A stretch of DNA of 64,000 bases from contig RDNZ01000006.1 of NCBI GenBank assembly GCA_011364905.1, positions 1 to 64,000 on the forward strand. The letters run 5' to 3'. The stretch comes from Candidatus Thorarchaeota archaeon. GTDB taxonomy: Archaea; Asgardarchaeota; Thorarchaeia; Thorarchaeales; Thorarchaeaceae. The notes under the pieces are model-generated. The model saw nothing but the letters and a program-made list of their open reading frames with translations. It was not told where the DNA came from and ran no database searches. Positions 1 through 10,539 of this stretch are shown one piece after another (position 1 is the first letter of the stretch; each line of letters opens with the position of its first letter). A program made the translations under genes and the position numbers.

Positions 1-2549
1 AGTTTGCGTACGACAGTGAGTCCGACAAACTGGTCTTCTTTGGTGGTACTGAAGGGTGGTCGGAACTTAGAGATGAGATGCGTTCTGAGACCTGGACATA
101 TGATACTAATACCGAAACTTGGGAGATGAAGAGTCTTGAGGTCAAACCTCCTGCCAGATCTCGAGGAGAGCTAGCCTATGATAGTGCGTCAGATAGAGTC
201 ATCCTGTTTGAGGGAGTGCTCGATGGAGGATGGGAAACCGAAGAAGTTCTTAATGATTGTTGGGCATATGACCTGAACAACAACCTGTGGAACAACGTCG
301 ATTGGGATTGGCAGGAAATGACTCCTGCATTATCACCAGGGAATCGAACTGGCTCGCCCTTAGTCTATGATATCGAATCGGACCGGATGGTCATTTTCAG
401 CGGATGGCAAAAGGTGCATGCAGATGCAGTTTGTTACAACGATACTTGGACCTATGACTACAACAGTAACACATGGACAAACATGTCTCCTGCCGTACTT
501 CCACCCGGAAGGACTGGACACGCCATGGCGTACAGTCAGGAGGACGATAGAATCGTGATGTTCGGAGGTGAAACAGGTTGGGGGATTAACGAGGAAACTT
601 TAGTCGCAGATACTTGGATTTATGATCTCAATACTAATACTTGGACCAACATGTCCCCGCCAACTAATCCCACGCCAAGAACCTTCTCATCCATGGGATA
701 TGACAATGAAACAGACATCTTTGTGTTATACGGAGGTATTCTAACGGATGTATCCGGCAGTCACGAAACATGGCTCTATAACCTCACATCTAACACTTGG
801 ACAAATGCCACAACTGCGTCGAACCCAGGTGATAGGTGGTCAGCCAGCTTGCCGTACGATTACAAGAATAACCGGTTGCTGCTTAGTGGTGGCGGCAATT
901 GGGACGGCTTTAACAATGAGATTTGGGAGTATGATTTCCAGGCAAACACATGGACGGAATTGATACCTAATTCTGCCTCTCCTGAGGTTGGGGTTGCATT
1001 GTCCTATGATTCCGAATCGGAACTACTCGTTGCTTATGGAGGTCCGACAAGCATAGCAGAAGATGCTTATTCTCTGGGAACTTGGACTTTCAATCTGACT
1101 GCTGGAACGTGGAATAATACATATTCGCTTCATATTCCGGGCGAACGGAGTAGACAGTACTTGGCCTATGACATAGAGTCTGACAGAACAATCATGTATG
1201 GTGGAGTGCTTCCTAAAGTTGGGCAAGGGGAGGCTCTCGGAGACACATGGTCATACAACTATATTGTCAACCCACCAATACTAGTTCCAGGCAAAGTCAA
1301 GAATCCCGCAGTAAGTCCAAACGCCGATGAGGATGCTCTTGTGCTTACATGGGAAGCTCCAGATCCAATAGCAGGGGCAAATGTCATTGGGTACAATGTT
1401 TACAGAGGTGAAGAATCAGGAGTCTATGAGTTGTTAGCTGAACTCGGGGATGTGCTCACGTATACTGATGGGACTGCAGGATACGGAATCACCTACTACT
1501 ATACTGTGACTGCAGTCGCTACCTTAGAAGGAGAGATGTCCAATGAGGTGTCTAGTTCTTTGCCCTTTAATCCAGTTGATGACAGAGTCTACACGTTCAT
1601 TGCTTATGGCGACACACGAGCCAGCTCAGGCGGTGGAGTTTCACCGCTCCATGATGACTTGGTCAGCAGGTATCTCCAACTGTCTGACCCTGAACTGATA
1701 CTACACACTGGAGACCTCCTGACGCAGGGTGGGGAAGATGCTAATTGGCCAGGCTACGAGCAGTCACTCTCAGCTGTTGGCGAATGGGATCCCAATCTGA
1801 AGATCTATTATGCTGTGGGCAATCATGAGCAATACACGAGTGGCCCCCCTGATGACGACTGGAGCACCTATCTCAGCCATGTCGATTTCTCAGACGTAGT
1901 TGATGAATCCGCTGGTGAGACCGAACTCTACTACTCGTTTGACTGGCGAAACATCCATTTCATCTTCCTAAATTCAATCGATGGATGGGTTGGTGAGAAC
2001 TTCACCTGTCCAACCGCTCAATGGAATTGGCTGCTATCGGACTTTGAAAACAACAACAAGGAATTCATTATCGTTTCGATGCACAATCCATCCTACTCAG
2101 TTCGGGCTGACCGTCCTGACCGTTGGGCGCAAGCTGCGGCCATACGGGCAGAATTCCATGACCTGTTCGTGCAAAGCGGTGTCGACATCGTTTTTGCAGG
2201 TCACGATCACCAATACTACCATACAACCCGAGACGATATAGATTATGTCGTCACAGGAGGAGGTGGAGCGCCACTCTACGAAATCGACACTGAGGCACCA
2301 GACTGGATTACTGGTGATGTTGGTTTCTCAGCTTACCATTACTGTGTCTGTAGCATTGCGGCATTGAACAGCACACACAAAACTCTCTCGATAAATGTTG
2401 TAATGATGGATGGGACTATAGCAGATTCATTCTCTTTTGCCTTTCCATCACCAACAGTCGGGCTTTCTATAATCACAGTAGCCATAATCGTTGGAGGAGC
2501 CGCTGTAGTAGTGGTAGTCGTAGTGTTCTTTCTCCGGAAAAGAAAGTGA
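1..2549 (+). CDS. Membrane-anchored Kelch-repeat / FN3 / metallophosphoesterase (purple acid phosphatase-like) protein, 5'-truncated by the window
   Basis: Frame is open from nt 3 (FAYDSESDKLVFFGG). Repeated YDxxSDRxxxFGG...DTWxYD Kelch-like units, FN3 (LTWEAP...GYNVYRG...YYYTVTAV), phosphoesterase motifs GDTR/TGDL/GNHE/MH/GHDH, C-terminal TM followed by RKRK. Confidence 0.85.
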   Translation, partial: FAYDSESDKLVFFGGTEGWSELRDEMRSETWTYDTNTETWEMKSLEVKPPARSRGELAYDSASDRVILFEGVLDGGWETEEVLNDCWAYDLNNNLWNNVDWDWQEMTPALSPGNRTGSPLVYDIESDRMVIFSGWQKVHADAVCYNDTWTYDYNSNTWTNMSPAVLPPGRTGHAMAYSQEDDRIVMFGGETGWGINEETLVADTWIYDLNTNTWTNMSPPTNPTPRTFSSMGYDNETDIFVLYGGILTDVSGSHETWLYNLTSNTWTNATTASNPGDRWSASLPYDYKNNRLLLSGGGNWDGFNNEIWEYDFQANTWTELIPNSASPEVGVALSYDSESELLVAYGGPTSIAEDAYSLGTWTFNLTAGTWNNTYSLHIPGERSRQYLAYDIESDRTIMYGGVLPKVGQGEALGDTWSYNYIVNPPILVPGKVKNPAVSPNADEDALVLTWEAPDPIAGANVIGYNVYRGEESGVYELLAELGDVLTYTDGTAGYGITYYYTVTAVATLEGEMSNEVSSSLPFNPVDDRVYTFIAYGDTRASSGGGVSPLHDDLVSRYLQLSDPELILHTGDLLTQGGEDANWPGYEQSLSAVGEWDPNLKIYYAVGNHEQYTSGPPDDDWSTYLSHVDFSDVVDESAGETELYYSFDWRNIHFIFLNSIDGWVGENFTCPTAQWNWLLSDFENNNKEFIIVSMHNPSYSVRADRPDRWAQAAAIRAEFHDLFVQSGVDIVFAGHDHQYYHTTRDDIDYVVTGGGGAPLYEIDTEAPDWITGDVGFSAYHYCVCSIAALNSTHKTLSINVVMMDGTIADSFSFAFPSPTVGLSIITVAIIVGGAAVVVVVVVFFLRKRK

Positions 2550-2556
2550 AACTATT

Positions 2557-2594
2557 GTGAAGGGGCACACGAAGCGCCCCTCACCTCTTTTTTT
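2557..2594 (+). terminator. Hairpin + T-tract terminator
   Basis: AGGGGC...GCCCCT stem followed by T7 just after the stop codon. Confidence 0.6.
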
Positions 2595-2680
2595 GGTTCC
2601 AGAGAACGTACAATTAACCAGCAATAGACACAAAAAACGGTCTTATGCGTTCGTGAAACAATAGATAAACGTCTAAGCAG

Positions 2681-3595
2681 ATGTATGGATGGAAGGTTCC
2701 ACTGGTGGAGAGAGAAGTCACAATCTACAACTTCTGCCCTTGTTTCAAGGATTTTGAGGGAGAGTTGATCTGTCTCAACAATGACAGTCTCTGTGACATA
2801 GAGCATTCCATTTTTGCTGCCGATATTCTCAACCAAGACGCTTCACTTGAAGTAGTAAAGCAATTTCAAGCTACTGACGAAAAGACCTGCTACTCTTCTA
2901 TCTACACGTATAATGGCAGTGTCTACTGCTCATCGCAGGGCTTTAAGATTCGGATTCACAGAGAGGACATAACCGAAGACATGCTCATGCAGGCAATCAG
3001 ACTCTACGCACTGGGACCCACTGAAATCACGGTCGATTGTGCTTCATGTATATATGGAATACTACTAGCACTGGTATTATCCCAGGATCAAGCATCCATT
3101 AAGAAATACCTGGACGAATTCTCTCTAAGGGTTGCCGTGAAGTTCACGGAGATGGAACTTGATGAAACAGATGAAACAGTACCATATTTCGAAACGGTCC
3201 AAGCGTATCTGGTGAAACTGCTGGAAGACCAATACTACTGGCAAAATGTGCATGAGAATTTGACTGAAAAAGAAGAGCCTGCACCATTGGTTGATTTTGT
3301 CAGCAAAATGGAGCATCTTAATAGACTGCAGTTTGTGTTCTATAGCCAAGTGCTCAACATTCGAGGTATTGAGAGCTCACGCCTTCTTGTGAGAATGCTT
3401 TCACATATCCTTCGAACCTCACGAGACATTCTCTCACTCAACGAAGAGATCCACACATTAGTCGCAACTAACTCTGTCGGCGGATATGAAGATGATGAGA
3501 CTCTCATCTCCAAACTCGAGGACTACATGACCAAGAGCAGGACACTTGACCACTTCTTCGGGAACATTGCTGACATAATGAAGAGCTCGTCATAG
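2681..3595 (+). CDS. Hypothetical protein
   Basis: 304-aa ORF filling the space; several Cys in the N-terminal half; no family recognised. Confidence 0.7.
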   Translation: MYGWKVPLVEREVTIYNFCPCFKDFEGELICLNNDSLCDIEHSIFAADILNQDASLEVVKQFQATDEKTCYSSIYTYNGSVYCSSQGFKIRIHREDITEDMLMQAIRLYALGPTEITVDCASCIYGILLALVLSQDQASIKKYLDEFSLRVAVKFTEMELDETDETVPYFETVQAYLVKLLEDQYYWQNVHENLTEKEEPAPLVDFVSKMEHLNRLQFVFYSQVLNIRGIESSRLLVRMLSHILRTSRDILSLNEEIHTLVATNSVGGYEDDETLISKLEDYMTKSRTLDHFFGNIADIMKSSS

Positions 3596-3609
3596 AAGTC
3601 GTGATTTGC

Positions 3610-4845
3610 TCACAGGGTAATTTTCGAACTCCATTCCTCGATTTTCCTGTAGAGGACTGTAACAAACACCAACAACAAAATGGTGACTCCGAATATCCCT
3701 AGATATAGCGAAGTCATGCCTTGACGAAATAATGGCTCATATATTGTAGGTATAAACGCATAGCCAAGGAAGAAGGCGAATGTAACAATCCCTGCAAGAA
3801 CGCCTCGCCTCTCTGGAGAGATGATCTGACTGTACGTAATCATTAATGGAAATAGTAGTCCACCAGCCCAACCTACCAAGATTATGGCAATTCCATCCCA
3901 TAGGAGCGCACTTGGGAGAGTTATATCTCCGATTAGAAGAAACAACAAAATGCCTACTATTTGTGGTATAATGCCAGCAGCTGTAGTGACACCATAACCG
4001 CGCTTCAGAATCAATTGGCCTAATAAGAGACCAGCCACTGTCCCAAATATCCCACCTCCGAGCAGGAGAAGACCCAGAAGGCCTGCATCAACATAGTTCG
4101 TCAGTCCAGCGGAGGTCCAAACAAATGTTGCTAGATACACCAGCGGAATCAGAAATGTGGTGAACAGCATAAGCAAGACTACTCCTTTCCTAAGCTCAGC
4201 ACCTAGATTCCGAATTAGTGCACGGAGTCCAGTCTCGCCATGAACGCTCATAGTCGGTCGTTTAGCGATGATAATCGAAACAAGTCCTAGCAATATGATA
4301 CACAGGATTAGTAGGTAGTAGAGTTGCCAACCAAACCTAGCCATCTGCCCTGCAATGAAGGGACCTAGGCCGACACATAGAGATGCTAACGCAGCTGCAT
4401 AGCCCATTCTTTTTGGGATGTCACCTGGAGGTGCACAGTCAGACAGAAGGGCCAACAGGACGGGATTTGCAAATCCAAAGCCAATCCCTGATACTATATA
4501 TCCCAATGCAAAAATCTCGAGTGACGAGGAAATGGATATCAAGCTCAGACCTGCGAGAAATGCAATCAAGCCGCCAACGATGACAGGCACGCGCCCATAG
4601 CTATCAGACAAAGCTCCAGAAAAGAGTTGGAAGATTGCAAATGGGAACATGAAGGCAGGAAGAGCGACTAACACCGCTGTTGGATCGACCAGAAAATCCG
4701 AGGAAATGGGACCAAGCAAAGTGAGCACTGCATTACCGACAAGCGGCCCTATTCCAAAGATAATGTATGAAACCAGTTCGATCATGTGAAAACGCTCTGG
4801 TTGTTCACAAGGACTCTCTGTGGGCTCAAGTTCATGCTCGCTCAT
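3610..4845 (-). CDS. MFS transporter
   Basis: About 12 TM segments; motif A GALSDSYGRVPV. Confidence 0.9.
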   Translation of the reverse strand: MSEHELEPTESPCEQPERFHMIELVSYIIFGIGPLVGNAVLTLLGPISSDFLVDPTAVLVALPAFMFPFAIFQLFSGALSDSYGRVPVIVGGLIAFLAGLSLISISSSLEIFALGYIVSGIGFGFANPVLLALLSDCAPPGDIPKRMGYAAALASLCVGLGPFIAGQMARFGWQLYYLLILCIILLGLVSIIIAKRPTMSVHGETGLRALIRNLGAELRKGVVLLMLFTTFLIPLVYLATFVWTSAGLTNYVDAGLLGLLLLGGGIFGTVAGLLLGQLILKRGYGVTTAAGIIPQIVGILLFLLIGDITLPSALLWDGIAIILVGWAGGLLFPLMITYSQIISPERRGVLAGIVTFAFFLGYAFIPTIYEPLFRQGMTSLYLGIFGVTILLLVFVTVLYRKIEEWSSKITL

Positions 4846-5063
4846 TGCAATTACAGCCTCCGAAGTCGTTGTTAACCATTGTTATACCCTTTGGTCAAGC
4901 ACCCGCGGGGTTTTTCCAAACCCTTGGCTTTTGTTACACGTTATGTATGAATGGCATGAATTGTGTATAGACACTACGAGTCATCAAACAAGATTTCGTG
5001 GGTAGAGAGGAACATATCGATTGAATTTTGACCAATGTCAATGCACTTAGTGCGAACTTGAAA

Positions 5064-5732
5064 TCATTTGGGATAAGAATAGTAGAGACGGACTCTTACA
5101 GCAGCTCGTTTGTTGGCAGGTAGTTCCTTTGCCTTCTTGACCTCAGAGTTCTCAAGTGCTTTGGTCATCGTGAGTTTGAGATCGTCTTTAGAGACTTTGA
5201 GTTTGATTTTGTCTCTCATTGATTCTATTGTTTGTGCTGGTACAATGATATCGATATCAGTCTTTAGCCCTAATGACTCGAGCGACTCTTCTACGAGTCC
5301 TCCCCCGACAATCAATGAAACCGTACCATCATGGTCAAAGTCTACATCAACAGCGCGACCAACTTTCACATCATCCTGGTCATAGATTTCCATCTTAGTA
5401 AGGTCTGACCACCGAACTTCGCCAGGAGCAATAGCACCTTCATCAAGAGTTGTCTTAAGGCTGTTAACGTTGGTATTCAGTTGCACCTTATCTCCGATTA
5501 TTTCTATGAGACCTGCGTTCAGCAGAGGATCTTTGTCGGGCCTAATCTTCGCAGATTCGAGGAACTCTTCCCATCTAGACCCAGAGAGAATGAATTGCTT
5601 AAGTTTCAGAGTCCCATCAAAAGTGAACGTCAGATCGCCAATACGACCTACCTTCACACCACTGGAGTCAACAACATCGCAACGCCTGAGTTCGTTACAG
5701 CTCATTGATCTTTTGACGTCCACATTTATCAC
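5064..5732 (-). CDS. Tandem PRC-barrel domain protein
   Basis: Two copies of the VxDxxGxKVGRxxD...F.xDG...I.G PRC pattern. Confidence 0.8.
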   Translation of the reverse strand: MINVDVKRSMSCNELRRCDVVDSSGVKVGRIGDLTFTFDGTLKLKQFILSGSRWEEFLESAKIRPDKDPLLNAGLIEIIGDKVQLNTNVNSLKTTLDEGAIAPGEVRWSDLTKMEIYDQDDVKVGRAVDVDFDHDGTVSLIVGGGLVEESLESLGLKTDIDIIVPAQTIESMRDKIKLKVSKDDLKLTMTKALENSEVKKAKELPANKRAAVRVRLYYSYPK

Positions 5733-5814
5733 AACCTTTCAGATGTTTGCAAGAAGCACAGTTAAATTATTCGTATTAATCGATTCCGTTGGAAGTTCGT
5801 ATTTGAGAGTTGCT

Positions 5815-6303
5815 CTAGGATTGCTCAGCCAGAAACATGATATAATCAGTACCCGGAACCTCAAGATCCATTCGACTGAGAGTTTTCGATAATTGGCCAC
5901 GATGATGAGCTGTATGAATCAAGTATTGCAGAAAGAAGTCCATGACATCAACCTGAAATGGTTCATCTTTGATATGCTTTACAGTGACTTTGTCTTGGGG
6001 AATTTCTTCAATAGCTTGACTTAAGCGTGTGTCAAGGACTTCCCATCGTTTCAGGAGTTCTTGCCGCGGATATCTCTTTACTCTGTCAAAAACAGATTGG
6101 TCCTTCTCGCCTTCAATGAAGTAGAAACAGGTCTCGAGGGCGAGAACAATATGCTGAACAAGCTCACGAGGGCTGATTCCGCATACCTCCTCAGAGAAAT
6201 CATCTGAGTCTAGAGTGCTAAGGATCTCCCTCATTTTCCAACCGGCCCAAAGATGATAGTCCGCTAAGTTTTTGAAAACCATATGCAAGACCTCCGTATA
6301 CAT
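5815..6303 (-). CDS. DinB/YfiT family protein
   Basis: YHLWA, QHIV and HTAHHRGQ motifs. Confidence 0.85.
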   Translation of the reverse strand: MYTEVLHMVFKNLADYHLWAGWKMREILSTLDSDDFSEEVCGISPRELVQHIVLALETCFYFIEGEKDQSVFDRVKRYPRQELLKRWEVLDTRLSQAIEEIPQDKVTVKHIKDEPFQVDVMDFFLQYLIHTAHHRGQLSKTLSRMDLEVPGTDYIMFLAEQS

Positions 6304-6320
6304 TTCTGCCTACTTACGTA

Positions 6321-7316
6321 TTAGTCTGTCGAGCTAATTCCAGAAAGTTCGTCAAGAAGACCAAGCATCCATTGATCAAGAGGCTTTTTGTGTGTCCAAG
6401 TGTCTTTGAATGGAGTCATTTTTAGCTCCCCATGCATTTCTCCGACCATTCCACCCTGCTTTCCTTCCAAAAGACACTCTATTGCATAGGCACCCAGACG
6501 TGTTGCTAGATACCTATCAAAGTGGGTGGGATTGCCGCCTCTTTGAATATAACCCAGAACGGAAACTCTAATTTCTTCCTTGATCCTTTTGCCCAAGGCA
6601 TTTGCAATAACGTGCGCATTGCCTAACTCATCGCCCTCCGCAACTACAACAAGCACACTTGTCTTTGACTTTTCCTTCGCCTTGGTCACCACATCAGCGA
6701 GCTCTTCAATTGTAGTCTTTGTTTCAGGCATTAGTATTGCAGATGCTCCAGTAGCAATGCCTACATGAAACGCGATGAATCCAGCTTTGCGGCCCATCAC
6801 CTCAACAAGAAAAACCCGCTGGAAAGCTTCTGCTGTGTCTCGAATCTTGTCCAATGCGTCCAATGCGTTGTTGATAGCTGTGTCAAACCCAATGGTATAG
6901 TCGGTCCCATATAGATCATTGTCAATTGTTCCTGGAAGTCCGATTAACCATCCATCCCAGTGTTTGCTCAAAGCATCCAGACCATGCATAGTACCGTCAC
7001 CGCCAATCGCAATCAGTGCATCGAATTGCTGGTCCTTTAGGAATTTCGCGGCCTTCTTTAATCCCTCCTCGGTCTTGAACTCCTCGGACCTTCCTGTTGT
7101 CAACATGGTCCCGCCTCTATGAAGAATACGGGAAACCGATCGAGAATTCAACTCGTGATATTGCTGGTTGAGGATACCCTGAAATCCGCCAAACACACCA
7201 AAAATTTCACAATTGTGATGAATACCAACTCGCGTGATTGCCCGAATAGCCGCATTCATCGCGGGGCTATCTCCACCACTAGTAAGAACTGCTACTTTCA
7301 TGGGATAAGCATGCAC
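6321..7316 (-). CDS. pfkA: ATP-dependent 6-phosphofructokinase (PfkA family)
   Basis: LTSGGDSPAMN, GGDG, PGTIDND, EVMGR and LGYIQRGG motifs; Gly at both ATP/PPi specificity positions. Confidence 0.95.
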   Translation of the reverse strand: MHAYPMKVAVLTSGGDSPAMNAAIRAITRVGIHHNCEIFGVFGGFQGILNQQYHELNSRSVSRILHRGGTMLTTGRSEEFKTEEGLKKAAKFLKDQQFDALIAIGGDGTMHGLDALSKHWDGWLIGLPGTIDNDLYGTDYTIGFDTAINNALDALDKIRDTAEAFQRVFLVEVMGRKAGFIAFHVGIATGASAILMPETKTTIEELADVVTKAKEKSKTSVLVVVAEGDELGNAHVIANALGKRIKEEIRVSVLGYIQRGGNPTHFDRYLATRLGAYAIECLLEGKQGGMVGEMHGELKMTPFKDTWTHKKPLDQWMLGLLDELSGISSTD

Positions 7317-7399
7317 CTACTCAGATAAATAGGTTCGACTTCCTGCACAAATTCCAATGGCGAAACACCTTGTTGGATACAGACAAAAAAGCCCTCTAT

Positions 7400-8356
7400 C
7401 TATACGAGGCCCTTCTTTCTTAGTAGAATGAGTAGAGGTGCTGTAATGCATAAGCTAACAAATATGATGAACAGAAAAGCTGCGGATTCGTGTTCAAAGG
7501 GTAGTTGGACATTCATCCCATAAATACTGGCAATTAAAGTTGGTACTGTTACAAGGAGAGAAATAGAAGTCAGTGTCTTTATGACTCGGTTTAGGTTATG
7601 ACTGACGATGCTATCATACGCGCTCATTGCGTTGGCAATAAGCTCTCGGTAGATTGCACTTAATTCGACTTGCTGTTGTAGGTCAACCTCAAGCTCCTCA
7701 AGCCGGTCTTCATCCAGAATCATACGACCTACAACGTTGAATCTCATTAGACGCCTCAGCACCTTCATATTTGCCTTTAGGGAGGTCTCCATGAATATCG
7801 CGTCACGAGAGAGTTGAAAGAACCACTCAAGTTGTGAAGGATAGATATCAGTCATAATATCCGCCTCAGTCTTGTTGATGGTTTCCTCAATCAGATCAAG
7901 TGTATACTCGAATGAGTGAATTATTACTTCAAGCCAGCGATAAATTATCTCAGAAGCGGTTGTCCCAAGCAGGATTTTCTTTCGAAGTCTTTTAGTTCTC
8001 AGTGGAACAACTTCGTTTTGAACCACGACAATGTCCCTGCCATTTGTAAACACTCCAATTGGATTAGTGGAGTACTCTCTGTCCTGTACCCGAATGTCTA
8101 CAGGAACCCGAAAGACCATCATCGTAAACTTGTCTTCAATCTGCAAGCGAGGCCTCTCGTCAAGGTCTTGAACATCCTTGAGATCCTCTAAGTCAATCTC
8201 AAAACGCTGCGAAATCTTGGCTAAATCATCAGGTCGTATTCCAACTATCTCTATGAGCAGGGGTACGTCAGGGGCTTCCTCTAAAGTGGCATACTTGATA
8301 CCACTCTCCAATGCCATTACCGAGAAACTGCCGTTCTCTACTTCCTTGTTGCTCAT
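7400..8356 (-). CDS. corA: CorA family Mg2+/Co2+ transporter
   Basis: YGMN signature and two C-terminal TMs; start placed at the ATG preceded by GAGGTGG. Confidence 0.9.
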   Translation of the reverse strand: MSNKEVENGSFSVMALESGIKYATLEEAPDVPLLIEIVGIRPDDLAKISQRFEIDLEDLKDVQDLDERPRLQIEDKFTMMVFRVPVDIRVQDREYSTNPIGVFTNGRDIVVVQNEVVPLRTKRLRKKILLGTTASEIIYRWLEVIIHSFEYTLDLIEETINKTEADIMTDIYPSQLEWFFQLSRDAIFMETSLKANMKVLRRLMRFNVVGRMILDEDRLEELEVDLQQQVELSAIYRELIANAMSAYDSIVSHNLNRVIKTLTSISLLVTVPTLIASIYGMNVQLPFEHESAAFLFIIFVSLCITAPLLILLRKKGLV

Positions 8357-8478
8357 ATGATCCACCTCGGTTAGGGGGATTGCCTTCGTCCATCGATGAT
8401 AGCCTGCCTTGAAAAGGGCTCTCTCTGTGATTTTCAATCACAGAACTAGTTCTTTGAACCCCTATAGGTCTCAAGAAA

Positions 8479-10461
8479 ATGAAATGTATTTGCCTTTTAG
8501 GGTTTTGTCTTACGCGGGAATTCATTGTGAAGCTATGCAGCTTTTGCTGCAAAAACACTAAAGGCTCAATTGATATTAGGAATGACGGAGGAATCGAAAC
8601 GAGGAGTCGATGGAGATCTGAGGGATTCTTGCTATGTTGTGCATTGTTAGTCACCCTTGCATTTAGCTCATCATCTTCCTCAAATCCAATTACTGTACAG
8701 GATATCTCAATCAATGAACCACATATTGAAAGAATTGTATACGAAAGGTATGGGACTGGTGACTATCGACTTCAAGCGCTCTTAGCCGGAGAGATTGAAA
8801 TTGACACAGATGCAGACAGATCAATTCTGAATGTTGTTAATGAATCTAATTATGAAGCGGTTGAAACATTAGAAAACGCATATGCCTACATTATAGTCAA
8901 CTGTAGAGTATATCCATTGAATATTAGTGGATTCAGAAGAGCATTTGCGTATGCATACCACGAAGCGTGGATCACCAATGAGGTCGTAGATTACAGACTG
9001 TCAAAGGAACAGGACTCTTTGGTTCCGTATGTGAATCCATTTTGCGTTGTGGATGAGTTCGATTGGCACTACTATGAAGGGAATTCTTCCATTGGCAATC
9101 GAATTCTGGACGACCTAGGATTCACCATAAACGCAACGACTGGGTTTAGAGAAGCACCTAATGGCGACCCATTTGATGTCGGGATTCTATACCCATACGA
9201 TTCAGATTCATTACTTATTGATATAGCGAGTATTGGAGTTCAAGCACTAGAGTCACTTCATGTCGAGGCAAGCAGCGGAGCATATGGATATATTGGTGGG
9301 TCCGACCCTTGGGAGTACCCTAGTATGTTTGTACGATGGAGGCAGTTTCACAACTATGACATTTCGTGGCTAGCTTCAGAGTTCTACTCTGGTAATGCAG
9401 ATGATAAAGATGTCAATCCCCCAGGTTTCTCAAATTCATCATTTGATGGTTGGTGCGAACAGCTCCTACACAGTGCACAATATGATGATGTCTACAATGC
9501 TTCGAGGGAGATGCAAGAAATCCTTCACTACAACGTTCCAGAACTGGTCGTTTATCAAAGGATCTATCTCCATGCGTATAGAACAGATAGATTCGCGGGA
9601 TTTATTGAAGATAGTATGAGAGGCATAGAAAATCCATGGACAATGCTGCAACTGCACTTGTTAAACGGATCAGCTGGAGGAGTGGTTGGTATAAACTACG
9701 AAAAAATTGTGACAACTTTGAACTTCTTTCGGGCAAATAGTAGCATTCTGGATAATGTCTATCTATCGCTCTTCGCAAGAGGACCAAACCTCGAACTAAT
9801 CCCCAGACTAGCAACTTCGGTGATTATAGAATCTCACTCTGATAATCCTGCTGTAACAGTAGGCCACACTCGTTTCACTTTTTCGATGAATGAAAGTCAA
9901 AAATGGTCAGATGACACTCCAGTCACTGCGGATGATGTTGTTTTCACGTTCAACTATGAAATGGAGAGTGAGTGGTTCGGAAATCCGGAAGGCCAAGAGC
10001 TTGGTGATCTCTTTTCTGCTTATGCGCCAACACCTTCAACAGCAGTGCTTGAGTTCAGTGGTGAAAGTTATTGGTACTTCGAAAAGATTGCTTTCGATTA
10101 TATTCTTCCAGAACATGCATTTGATAGGAGTCCGGAAACATGGGAAGATTGGGACCCTTTTCTCAATCCCTCTGAACCACTGGTGAACTGTGGGCCATTC
10201 ACTGTTACGAGCTTTGAACCCGGAGGTTGGCTAATGTTGCAGAACAGGTATTTCACTCCTGACACACCGACAGCAACTGCTACGAACTCAATTCCCAATG
10301 GGTTCGTATTGACGGTCTGGTTTGGCGTATCAATTATAGCTGCAGCCATTATCATATTCTTTAGTTTGTTATCTGTTCGTGCCAAAAGAAGAATCAATCG
10401 TGATAATGGACAAAGCGATAAAGCTGACACGGTCATTGTCACTTCGGTCTTAAACATGTGA
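8479..10461 (+). CDS. Family 5 (peptide/nickel) solute-binding protein, membrane anchored, permuted domain order
   Basis: RRAFAYA, LIPRLA, KWSDDTPVTADDVVFT and GPF motifs; C-terminal TM. True start is probably downstream of 8479. Confidence 0.8.
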   Translation: MKCICLLGFCLTREFIVKLCSFCCKNTKGSIDIRNDGGIETRSRWRSEGFLLCCALLVTLAFSSSSSSNPITVQDISINEPHIERIVYERYGTGDYRLQALLAGEIEIDTDADRSILNVVNESNYEAVETLENAYAYIIVNCRVYPLNISGFRRAFAYAYHEAWITNEVVDYRLSKEQDSLVPYVNPFCVVDEFDWHYYEGNSSIGNRILDDLGFTINATTGFREAPNGDPFDVGILYPYDSDSLLIDIASIGVQALESLHVEASSGAYGYIGGSDPWEYPSMFVRWRQFHNYDISWLASEFYSGNADDKDVNPPGFSNSSFDGWCEQLLHSAQYDDVYNASREMQEILHYNVPELVVYQRIYLHAYRTDRFAGFIEDSMRGIENPWTMLQLHLLNGSAGGVVGINYEKIVTTLNFFRANSSILDNVYLSLFARGPNLELIPRLATSVIIESHSDNPAVTVGHTRFTFSMNESQKWSDDTPVTADDVVFTFNYEMESEWFGNPEGQELGDLFSAYAPTPSTAVLEFSGESYWYFEKIAFDYILPEHAFDRSPETWEDWDPFLNPSEPLVNCGPFTVTSFEPGGWLMLQNRYFTPDTPTATATNSIPNGFVLTVWFGVSIIAAAIIIFFSLLSVRAKRRINRDNGQSDKADTVIVTSVLNM

Positions 10462-10539
10462 AGGTTTCTTCGGCCTGCAATGCTCTGATCAGAACCTCCT
10501 TGCTTTTCTGCTTTCGTAGAAATAAAGAGCCACTAAAAT

